Below are positions 53,116 through 64,000 of a stretch of 64,000 nt of DNA, piece after piece (position 1 is the first letter of the stretch; every line of letters begins with the position of its first letter). Source of the DNA: Lytechinus pictus (Eukaryota); assembly GCF_037042905.1 (NCBI RefSeq), contig NC_087251.1, positions 37,016,001-37,080,000 of the forward strand, written 5' to 3'. Position numbers and translations under genes: made by a program. The notes below the pieces were generated by a model. The model was not told the DNA's origin. It saw only the letters and a list, made by a program, of their open reading frames with translations, and did not search any database.

Positions 53116-56100
53116 CAGGCGCGGATCCAGGATTTCGTGGGGAGGGAGGGGGGGGGGCAAATTTGACCTGATTTTTGGCGCCCATATGTGTACTTTTCGA
53201 AAAATGGCGCCCACTCCCTCCCGGCCAGGCTAACTAAAGTGCCTTAAATGGATTTTGAATTATCTTATAATCACATTTTAAAAAAACCAAAGACCACTTT
53301 TTCATGTGTTCTTGAAAAAAAAAATCCATGAATATATAATGTAATATCAATGGGAGCGCAAAGCACGAGCGATTTTTTTTTTTTTTGGGGGGGGGGGTTC
53401 AATTTGGTTTAACTTCTTACCAGAGTAGGCCCTACTAGAATATTCTGTGAATGGGAGCTGTAGTTTCTGTACTGTTGTGTTAGAATACCCTTCAATAATA
53501 TTAATGATAACCTCTTGGGAATAATGCGACCTCGAAGCAATCGACTAATTCTCCTCATCAGTGGCGTATTTATTCAGCATGGGTGCACGGGGGGGGGGGG
53601 GGGGGGGTGGGTGGCGAGGGCACCAAGTTAAAAAAAATAAATGAAATGAGGGGGTAGACGTCAAAGAAAATCTGATATTTCATTCTTAAAAACAAATTGA
53701 GGTATCTCACAAGGCCTAAATAAATAATGAGAACGCGAAGCGCGATCTGATTTTTTTTTAAATAGATTTATCATGTATTATATCCTGAAAGCCTAAGTCA
53801 GGGGCGGACCCAGCTTCCGCCATTAGGGGGAGGGGCCATTTTTTCACCCATATTTTCCCCGATCGGCCGCTCAAAGTTGATTTTTTTTTTGTTTCTTTGA
53901 AGGGGTTGTCCCAGTGCCGTAATGAGCCAACAATTTCGAGGGGGCTCGATATGGTGTATCGAATAAAATTAATAAGAAGTTGCCAGTGAGCGAAGCGAGC
54001 AAGCAAATATGCTGACATTTTTATTACAAAAATACAAGGTTGTGATAGATTTTGACATAATATTTGGAAAATAATATTATATTTCATCCTTATCCCTTTC
54101 CTTTTCTCTCTATTTTTTCTTAGTCTTGATTCTCTCTTCTTCTTCTTTTTTTTTTTTTTGGGGGGGGGCAAAACACCCATGTCCTAACAGTCATTTCCTA
54201 GCTTTACTTTATAAGCAACATAAATGTGTAATAATCTCTTAAGCCCTATGTAATCTAAAAATGAAATTTCATGTATTTTGTCCTGAAAATTGAACATTTT
54301 GGGCAATGTTTGTGAACCTGAACAGCGTATATAACTAGATAATTACCACGAGCGCGAAGCCGAGCAGAAATGTTAAATATTCGTTCTGGCCTGGTCGAAA
54401 AGGGACATGTTAAGGATGTTTTGCAGTTAGCCATTAAGACGATACATATTTCAACGATTAAATAATGCGAGCGCGAAGCGCGAGCTGAACTTTTTTGATA
54501 TTCCAACCTAAAAAGATGAGAATTCAAATCCCCCAATGGGACATTCGATTCATGTTTGTCAATCATGAAAAAGGATGGGTAATTTTTGGTATCTTCCTAC
54601 AATAATAATGCGAGCGCAAAGCGCGAGCAAAATTTTTTTGATATTCTGATTCGAAACTGGATAATTTTAGCACGTTTTGAATAAGATCAAGCTTTGTATC
54701 CTAAAAACATGCGTGCGCGTGTTTTAGAGTTAGACAGAATCCTGGCAATCTGAATACATTTCATTTTTCATCATAAAAATCAATAATGCGAGCGCAGAGC
54801 CCGAGCTGAAAATAATATTTGAAATTCCGATATGAAAAGGGTCAATTTAAGCACTGTTTACAGCACTGTGTATATAGGGAAATTTGAAAGCACTATATAA
54901 ATAATGCGAGCGCGAAGCGCGAGCTGATATTTTTTTATTTATTTGACCTAGGATCGAGACATTTTAGGCCTAAGGACATTTTGTCATCATATAAGAATGA
55001 TGACTATCTTCTCTTTGTTTTCCTAAAAATTTATTTCTGAAAAAGGGACAATTTAGTTATAATGAATTTATACAAATTTTATTTCATATTTATTAATCTG
55101 TTAAGCCTAATGAGTGTGTGAAATTTGTTGACAGTGCATGAGGCCTGAGAACTGGATACTTTAAGTATTTTTGTAATCATGAATAGGATTCATTGGTTGA
55201 TATATTTTTAGCAAATAATGCGAGCGCAAATCGCGATCCGGATTTTTCTTTTAATGGGGGGATTTAAGTAGTTTGTTATAAAATTAATATATAGGTATAC
55301 ATAACTCACCAATCAAAACGCGAGCGCACAGCGCTAGCTCATAGGCCTTTATTATTTTTTTTTTATAATCGAGACACCTGAAAAGGTATATTTAGAGAAT
55401 CTTATATGAAATATAAAAAGACAATACATAGGCCTACTTGGCATATAGTGCGAGCGCACAAAATGTTGCAAATGTTGATTCAAACCATAAAACGGACATT
55501 TTCCAGAGCACTTAAAACATAAATTGGTAAATAAAACAAAATAATGAAAGATCGATGTCCGAGCTGAATTATGTTTTGTATATTGATATCAAAACTTGAT
55601 ATTTTAAACTACATATCAGCCTATTGAGCTGTATTTATATACTGACTTAAGAAGGACTAAGGTATAATTCCTATTCTAATTGCTTGTCCTTTTCTCTTCC
55701 TTTTTTCTGCTTCTTACCCCTTTTTGCGCCACCATGGGGGGGGGGGGGGGCAAAATATTTGCCCCCTGGATCGACCTATGTATGTTGACTTGAAAAACAC
55801 TAACACTTACATGTGGGATTGAAGCAGAGGATGCAACCTCATTAATCAAATATTGCGAGCGCGTTGACAATAACCCTTTTTTGTGACCCTGAACAGGGTA
55901 TCTATCTCGCTAAACAGACTTAAAACTCGAAAACATTTTTTTTCTGTTATCGTAAAAACGGGATATTTTAATTCAGCCGCATTAATTGAAGTTTTTTGGC
56001 AGGACATATATTTTACTATAAACAGGCAATGTTGCGTCCCCGGTCGAAAATGAATTTGCATGAAGCCCTCTAAGTTCAAGGTCAATTTGGCGCCCTCGGT

Positions 56101-57083
56101 TGAACATAAACTTGGCGCCCCCATCATGTGAAATATAACTTTGCCCTCCCTCCCCTCTCTGAAACATGTATTTGTCGCATTATGGTCAAAATTCAAATTA
56201 GCGCTCCCCTAGTTCGAACATCGATTTGGTGCCCCGCTAGATCGAACATCAATTCGGCGCCCCATAGTTCGAACGTCATTTTGGCGCCATCAAATCGACG
56301 TCCAGGTCAACATCTCCCTCTTCCGTTTCCCATCTCCTTTTCTTTCTTTTTTCTTTCTTTTATCCTCATTCCCCTTCCTTCCTTTCTCTTTCTTTCTCTC
56401 TTTCTTTCCCCCTCTTCTTTCCCCCCTTTCTTCTCTTTCCCCCATCTTTTCTTTCCCCCTTTTCTTCTCTTTTTGCTGTCTTTTCTTTCCCTCTTTTCTC
56501 GTTTTTCCTCTCTTCCCACTTACTCTCGCTCTTTTTTCTTCTTCTTTTCCCCCTTTTCCTTACTCCGTTCTTTTCTTTTCCCTCTTCCACTTTTTTCTCT
56601 TTTCCCCTTTACTTCTCCCTTTTTCTTTTCTTTCCTTCTCCCTTTTTTCTCTTTTAATATTTTTTCTTCTCTCTCTCCCCTTCCTCCCTCTCTCTCTTTC
56701 TTCTCGTCTTCCTCTCTCTCTCTTTTTTCTTATCTTTCTTCCCATCTTCCTCTCTATTTAAATATTCTTCTCTTCGTTCCTCTTTTTTTTCTTCTTTTTC
56801 CTCATTTTCCTTCCTTTCTTTTCTTCTCTTCCTTTTCCCTCCTCTTTTTTCCCTCTTCTTTCCCCTTTTCTTCTCCCTTTTTTCTTTGTCTTTCATTTCC
56901 CCTTTTTCTTCTCTTCCTTTCTCCTTCTTACTCTCTTTCCTATTCTCTTCTTTTCCCATCTTCCTCTTTCTTTTTTTATTCTCTCCCTTTTCCCCTCTCC
57001 CCGGCCCCCCCTCTTTTTTTTGGAGCTGGGGGTGGGGGGGGGGTGAGGCAGTTCCCCCTCGGCCCTCCATGGATCCGCACCTG
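53116..57083. mobile_element. ~4-kb non-coding hAT-like element nested in the foldback
   Basis: CAGGCGCGGATCCA / TGGATCCGCACCTG, 8-bp TSD ATAGAACC (53108-53115, 57084-57091). Confidence 0.82.
56310..57020 (+). repeat. Polypyrimidine low-complexity tract
   Basis: About 700 bp almost entirely C/T on the + strand. Confidence 0.9.
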
Positions 57084-57283
57084 ATAGAACCCCATGGCCT
57101 CGTATCATTTGACCTTTGGACCTCTCGATGACATTTGATATATCTGATCATAATTTTACACACACTGCGGACTATCGGACCCGCGGTCTATCGGACCCGC
57201 GGACTATCGGACCCGCGGACTATCGGACCCGCGGTCTAACGGACCCGCGGTCTATCGGACCCGCGGTCTATCGGGATGTCCCC

Positions 57284-57530
57284 GCTCACGCTGGCCCTGT
57301 TCTCTGGAACGATCTTCCCCTGACAATCCGTGAATGCACGTCCATTGATACATTTAAACGTTACCTCAAGACTCGTCTATTCAATGCCTCTTACTCTTAA
57401 TTGTTCCTGAATCTATTACTATTATATTTGTACTTTTTCTCTTTCTTTCTTTCTTCTTTCACTGCGCCTTGGGCACTCTGCCGAGTGGATTTGGCGCATT
57501 AAAAATCACATATATTATTATTATTATTAA
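57284..57530 (+). pseudogene. 3' end of the interrupted L2/CR1-type LINE with (ATT)n tail
   Basis: AHAGPVLWNDLPLTIRECTSIDTFKRYLKTRLF continues WGVRAI-AH from before the insertion; ends in attattattatt. Confidence 0.85.
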
Positions 57531-58103
57531 TAAATATTTCCATTTAAAAGAGAAAGATTTCTGTAAGATTTCATGAAGAGGAACTCACAGTGATGTAATA
57601 TATTCTTATTCTCCTTTTCTCCTCTTCCACCCCTCCTCTTCTATTTCTTCATAATCTTCTTCTCCTCTTCCTTCTTTGTCGCCTTCTTTTCTACTTATTG
57701 TTCCTTTGTATTATGACTTATCATCATTATCATTATAATAATTTTATGATAAAAATCATAAAAAGGTATCCACAATATCAATATAATGATTATTATCTTT
57801 GAAAAATGAAAATGAGTACTTTTGTTAATTTTACAAAGCGTTTAGAGAATACTTAAGTCAGTGAACAGTCATCATGGTCATATAGTTCCCTTGCCTGGTG
57901 CAACCAGGTCCATGGCGTCACGTCTTCAAAAGTCTTGACTCTTGAACAATCTGAAATAAGAAGAATCAGTGCAAACCACGTTAGCAGCTCAACTTGATAA
58001 TAGCAGAGTGTTCACATTCATGTACAGTATGTATGATTTATGGAAGAGCCTTATGATGTTGCAATCACGGGCTTAAATTAAAAAAAAGATAGAATGTGAA
58101 ATT

Positions 58104-58893
58104 AAAACAAGTGGAATGCCTCTGGCCGTCTCACCTGCATCACGCGATTCAATATAGCAGCAGTGCTGATTTTGAAAACTACTATAACTCGCACAAGATG
58201 TTCAGTGATACTTGGTTACTCTTATTTCCACGTTTTATGAACTAAACCCATACACTTATAATAGAGATATGATGGCAATTCAACAAATACCCCAAACGTG
58301 GCCAAAGTTCTTTGACCTTACATGACCTTTGACCTTGATCATGTGACCTGAAACTTGCACAGGATGTTCAGTAATACTTGATTACTATTATGTCCAAGTT
58401 TCATGAATCAGATCCATAAACTTTCAAAGTTATGATGGTAATTCAACAGATACCCCCAATTCGGCCAAAGTTCATTGACCCTAAATGACCTTTGACCTTG
58501 GTCATGTGACGTGAAACTCATGCAGTATGTTTAGTGATACTTGATTAACTTTATGTATAAGTTTCATGAACTAGGTCTATATATTTTCTAAGTTATGATG
58601 ACATTTCAAAAACTTAACCTTAGGATAAGATTTTGATGTTGATTCCCCAACATGGTCTAAGTTCATTGACCCTAAATGACCTTTGACCTTGATCCTGTGA
58701 CCTGAAACTTGCACAGGATGTTCAGTAATACTTGATTAACCTTATGGCCAAGTTTCATGAACTAGGTCCATATACTTTCTAAGTTATGCTGTCATTTCAA
58801 AAACTTAACCTCAGGTTAAGATTTGGTGTAGCCGCCGCCGCCGCCGTCGGAAAAGCGGCGCCTATAGTCTCACTCTGCAATGCAGGTGAGACA
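58104..58893 (-). mobile_element. HINE-like element, copy C
   Basis: Reverse complement of the copy A/B terminal blocks and core repeats. Confidence 0.78.
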
Positions 58894-59552
58894 AAAAATG
58901 GGTTAATAGTCTCCGAATATTATTTTTGATACCCGTATATTGAAGTCAGAAAATATATTTCATTTCAATCATATCATTGGAGAAAATGTTCATGTGTGGT
59001 GTAAGGAGGGCAAGGGTGCAGGGTAGGCGACTCACCTCTAGTAGTGGGGGAAATAAGAGAACTTTAGAAGAGGGGAAGAACAAGAAATGGGGGGAAAATA
59101 CATGAACACAAAATTGAGGTCAAGGTCATGTTTATGTTACCAACTTACCACCTATCTCTACTACTACTATTTTATTCATAAATGCACTTATATTGTGTTT
59201 ATGCTTGTAAGCTCACATTGTTAGTCTCTTTGTTGAGATTCTAATAAAAAATAAAATCAACTGAATCTGAATCTCTTGCAAAAGTTAAGTGGAAAATAAT
59301 TGTTACAATAGTATGGATCCAATAGTCTACCTAGATTTTGTTTTCATTTTGACGAGTTACATTGTTCTTGCTCTTACATATTTTTGAGAATGCATTCCAT
59401 AATTATATTGTCATTGATTGAAATATTAAGAAGGCTCAGATGTCAATTCAAACTTGACATTCTATAAAAATTCATGAGATTGATATTATCCATGAATTAA
59501 ATAGATATAACAGTACATCACATTTACAACCGCTCTTAAGAGTAAAATAAAT

Positions 59553-60460
59553 AAAACAAGTGGAATGCCTCTGGCCGTCTCACCTGCATCACGCGATTCA
59601 ATATAGCAGCAGTGCTGATTTTGAAAACTACTATAACTCGCACAAGATGTTTAGTAATTGGTTACTCTTATTTCCACGTTTTATGAACTAAACCCATACA
59701 CTTATAGAGATATGATGGTAATTCAACAAATACCCCCAACGTGGCCAAAGTTCATTGACCTTACATGACCTTTGACCTTGATCATGTGACCTGAAACTCG
59801 CACAGGATGTTCAGTGATACTTTATTAGTCTTGTGTCCAAGTTTCAAGAGTCAGATCCATCAACTTTCAAAGTTATGATGGTAATTCAACAGATACCCCC
59901 ATTATGGCCAAAGTTCATTGACCTTTGACCTTGGTCATGTGACCTAAAATGCGCACAGGATGTTCAGTGATACTTGATTACTCTTATGTCCAAGTTTTAT
60001 GAACTAGACCAACACATTTTCAAAGTTATGGCAGTAATTCAACAAATACCCCAATTTGACCAAAGTTCATTGACCCTAAATGACCTTTGACCTTGATCAT
60101 GTGACCTGAAACTTGCACAGGATGTTCAGTAATACTTGATTACTATTATGTCCAAGTTTCATGAATCAGATCTATAAACTTTTAAAGTTATGATGGTAAT
60201 TCAACAGATACCCCCAATTCGGCCAAAGTTCATTGACCCTAAATGACCTTTGACCTTGGTCATGTGACATGAAACTCAGGCAGGATGTTTAATAATACTT
60301 GATTAACATTATGGCCAAGTTTCATGAACTAGGTCCATATACTTTCTAAGTTATGCTGTCATTTCAAAAACTTAACCTCAGGTTAAGATTTGGTGTTGAC
60401 GCCGCCGCCGCCGTCGGAAAAGCGGCGCCTATAGTCTCACTCTGCTATGCAGGTGAGACA
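59553..60460 (-). mobile_element. HINE-like element, copy D
   Basis: Closely similar to copy C, with an extra core repeat. Confidence 0.78.
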
Positions 60461-61358
60461 AAAATAAATATTACCCTACAGTATACTTGTATTTACAAGT
60501 AGAATGTTCAATAAATACAACTTTATATACAAACTCACCTTCATACTAGAAGCTTGACCCCCTTATCCAAAGAGAGATTTCTTGTTCAATGGCACACAGT
60601 GGCAGAGTGTCTGGACTTCCATCTCCTTCCAGTTGCTGTCCCCCTCTTTCTTTCTACCTCTTCTCACCGTTTGTGTGGTTCACCTGTTAGAAAAGTGAAT
60701 ACCAAATTTTTCCATAGTAACAGATGAGAATGAATTCATATGTACATTTTGTATCAACAACAACAACTGAAGTCCCTTCTTTAAAAAATATTGTTATCAT
60801 TACAGATTTTGTCAAATATATTTGACAGGGGTGTTGGACTTTTGGTACAGTTTCACTGGCTATTATAAGAACTGTGTAAAAATGAATTCTATCCATGAGT
60901 GCATTGTGAATGAGGTCTAGTCATTCAACCTTGAAATGGTTTGATGAACACACTAAGAATCAGGGTTCAAATTTGAGCCTTAGGGGTTGGTACAGTAAGG
61001 GGTGCTAGAGAGAGCAATGCTCATTTGTGCACCTTCACTGGTGTAACATAAGCTACATTAAGCACCATATAGGGTGCAGATTTGAACCATGTAATGAAAG
61101 TTCATTTTTTTAAAACATTTTTAATGTTTAAGTATTATACACCTTAAAAGGTAAAATGTTGCCCCTTTTATTGTGCAAACGAACATTTATGGGTGCAAAC
61201 AATAATAAGGACAATTTCACCTTTTATCACTTAGGGTGCAATATTATAAGGAGAGTACAAGTGTTTCATTTAGGCTTCAAATTTTTTAACTTAGAAAAAT
61301 ATGTTAGAAAAATGATTTACAAACGCAATATATGAATACTACAAATGAAGATACATGT

Positions 61359-61593
61359 AGCATCCTAACCGATTATTACAGCGAGAATCAAGAGGATCCA
61401 GGGAGTTTGAATTTTCGACCCCCTCGCGCCCCACCCGCGAAATGGAAAATTTGCCAAAATTGGCCAAACTTGAGCAAATAATTTTTGTTTAATATAGCCC
61501 CCCAAACCCCCACCCCCCCAAATCAGCCGTCTTTGCTCCCTGGGATGTTTTAGCATCCTAACCGATTATTACAGCGAGAATCAAGAAGATCCA
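61359..61593 (+). repeat. Edge monomer(s) of the 186-bp satellite, separated from the array by a ~380-bp insertion
   Basis: Same monomer sequence as 61977-64000. Confidence 0.85.
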
Positions 61594-61976
61594 GTGCCAT
61601 TTGATGTTATTTGTATTGTGACCTTTGTTGTATTAATATATTAGTTTAATATTCAACTCGTTATGATACATTGGTGTCTATATTTATTAGAGTCTTACAC
61701 CAACGGAGGTCTAACCCTTTTATTTAATAGTGAGCTAGTTACGAATCATCATGATTTTGTTATTCAGATGATATTGTAAAAGAGGAGAGAAAAGTAAAAG
61801 GCAGTTACACCAGTATGTTGTATTAGTATTATGATGATTCGATGTTGCAACCGCAAATTGTAAGCGCGGCATCTAGTGTTGGTCTCTTGGCCATGGTCAT
61901 TAAAGACAGTCACACTTAACCTCAAAGTTGTCTAGTTTATTTACTTACGTCTTATATATTATTAACCCTTGGCGCA

Positions 61977-64000
61977 GGGAGTTTGAATTTTCGACCCCCT
62001 CGCCCCACCCGCGACATGGAAAATTGGCCAAAATTGGCCAAATTTGAGCAAAATAATATTTGTTCAATATTTCCCCCGAAACCCCCCCAAATCAGCCGTC
62101 TTCGCTCCCTGGGATGTTTTAGCATCCTAACCGATTATTACAGCGAGAATCAAGAGAATCAAGAGGATCCAGGGAGTTTGAATTTTCGACCCCCTCGCCC
62201 CACCCGCGACATGGAAAATTTGGCAAAATTGGCCAAAATTGAGCAAAATAATATTTGTTCAATATTTCCCCCGAAACCCCCCCAAATCAGCCGTCTTCGC
62301 TCCCTGGGATGTTTTAGCATCCTAACCGATTATTACAGCGAGAATCAAGAGGATCAAGGGAGTTTGAATTTTCGACCCCCTCACCCCACCTGGAACAAGG
62401 AAAATTGGGCAAAATAGAGCAAAATAATATTGGTTCAATATTTCCCCCAAAACCCCCCCAAATCAGCCGTCTTCGCTCCCTAGGATGTTTTAGCATCCTA
62501 ACCGATTATTACAACGAGAATCAAGAGGATCCAGGGAGTTTGAATTTTCGACCCCCTCGCCCCACCCGCGACATGGAAAATTGGCCAAAATTGCCCCACC
62601 CGCGACATGGAAAATTGGGCAAAATTTGCCAAAATTGAGCAAAATAATAATTGTTCAATATTTCCCCCGAAACCCCTCCAAATCAGCCGTCTTTGCTCCC
62701 TGGGATGTTTTAGCATCCTAACCGATTATTAAAGCGAGAATCAAGAGGATCCAGGGAGTTTGAATTTTCGACCCCCTCGCCCCACCCGCAACATGGAAAA
62801 TTTGGCAAAATTTGCCAAAATTGAGCAAAATAATAATTGTTCAATATTTCCCCCGAAACCCCTCCAAATCAGCCGTCTTCGCTCCCTGGGATGTTTTAGC
62901 ATCCTAACCGATTATTACAGCGAGAATCAAGAGAATCAAGAGGATCCAGGGAGTTTGAATTTTCGACCCCCTCGCCCCACCCGCGACATGGAAAATTGGG
63001 CAAAATTGGCCAAAATTGAGCAAAATAATATTTGTTCAATATTTCCCCCGAAACCCCCTCAAATCAGCCGTCTTTGCTCCCTGGGATGTTTTAGCATCCT
63101 AACCGATTATTACAGCGAGAATCAAGAGGATCCAGAGAGTTTGAATTTTTGACCCTCTCGCCCCACCCGCGACATGGAAAATTGGGCAAAATTGAGCAAA
63201 ATAATATTTGTTCAATATTTCCCCCGAAACCCCCCCAAATCAGCCGTCTTCGCTCCCTGGGATGTTTTAGCATCCTAACCGATTATTACAGCGAGAATCA
63301 AGAGGATCCAGGGAGTTTGAATTTTCGACCCCCTCGCCCCACCCGCGACATGGAAAATTGGCCAAAATTCGCCAAATTTGAGCAAAATAATATTTGTTCA
63401 ATATTTCCCCCGAAACCCCCCCAAATCAGCCGTCTTCACTCCCTGGGATGTATTAGCATCCTAACCAATTATTATAGCGAGAATCAAGAGGATCCAGGGA
63501 GTTTGAATTTTCGACCCCCTCGCCCCACCCGCGACATGGAAAATTGGCCAAAATTCGCCAAATTTGAGCAAAATAATATTTGTTCAATATTTCCCCCGAA
63601 ACCCCCCCAAATCAGCCGTCTTCACTCCCTGGGATGTTTTAGCATCCTAACCAATTATTACAGCGAGAATCAAGAGGATCCAGGGAGTTTGAATTTTCGA
63701 CCCCCTCGCCCCACCCGCGACATGGAAAATTGGGCAAAATTGGCCAAAATTGAGCAAAATAATATTTGTTCAATATTTCCCCCGAAACCCCCCCAAATCA
63801 GCCGTCTTTGCTCCCTGGGATGTTTTAGCATCCTAACCGATTATTACAGCGAGAATCAAGAGGATCAAGGGAGTTTGAATTTTCGACCCCATTGCCCCAC
63901 CCGCGACATGGAAAATTTGGCAAAATTTGCCAAAATTGAGCAAAATAATAATTGTTCAATATTTCCCCCGAAACCCCTCAAAATCAGCCGTCTTCGCTCC
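61977..64000 (+). repeat. Satellite array, ~186-bp monomer, about 11 copies, continuing past the window end
   Basis: GGGAGTTTGAATTTTCGACCCC recurs, e.g. at 63311, 63497 and 63683 (period 186); length variants involve 9-10-bp subrepeats. Confidence 0.95.

Larger units (their letters stand above)
51904..57283. mobile_element. Foldback element with 17-bp subterminal tandem repeats, inserted in the LINE
   Basis: 8-bp TSD GCTCACGC (51896-51903, 57284-57291). GG..CC termini. (CCGCGGGTCCGATAG..)n arrays are mirrored at both ends. Confidence 0.88.

Noticed and set aside
56128..57163. 318-aa F/S/L/P-rich ORF and antisense K/R/E-rich ORFs
   Set aside because: Artefacts of a polypyrimidine tract that lacks stop codons.
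61983..63273. Repetitive ORFs (MNFRPPRPTRDMEN...)
   Set aside because: They are translations of the 186-bp satellite, and the frames break between monomers.

Overview
This is AT-rich animal genomic DNA rather than prokaryotic. The spliced genes and repeat families look echinoderm/sea-urchin-like, which is an inference. Two spliced host genes were assembled by eye, and the ORF track shows only fragments of them. (1) On the + strand is a neuroendocrine protein 7B2 (secretogranin V/SCG5) homologue, CDS join(24734..24941,26969..27100,28260..28349,30643..30749,31964..32029,39688..39756,41956..42051), 255 aa. A probable non-coding first exon ends at 14725 just downstream of a perfect CRE. The protein has an extra Cys-rich exon and three exon-encoded copies of the C-terminal PC2-inhibitor-like peptide. 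(2) On the - strand are the first two coding exons (3693..3602, 1493..1400) of a gene with an N-terminal WW domain. Nearly everything else is transposon-derived and heavily nested. A Penelope-like retroelement (RT + GIY-YIG, 16-bp TSD, inverted tail with a minimal hammerhead-like motif) sits inside one of two near-identical 2.8-kb Academ-like TIR elements. A 4.85-kb spacerless palindrome lies inside another TIR element in a 7B2 intron. An L2/CR1-type LINE is split by a foldback element that is itself split by a 4-kb hAT-like element. There are also four Helentron-associated (HINE-like) elements, many MITEs and a 186-bp satellite running off the right end. No CRISPR array, rRNA or tRNA was seen. 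Family assignments rest on motif recognition only; no database search was run.
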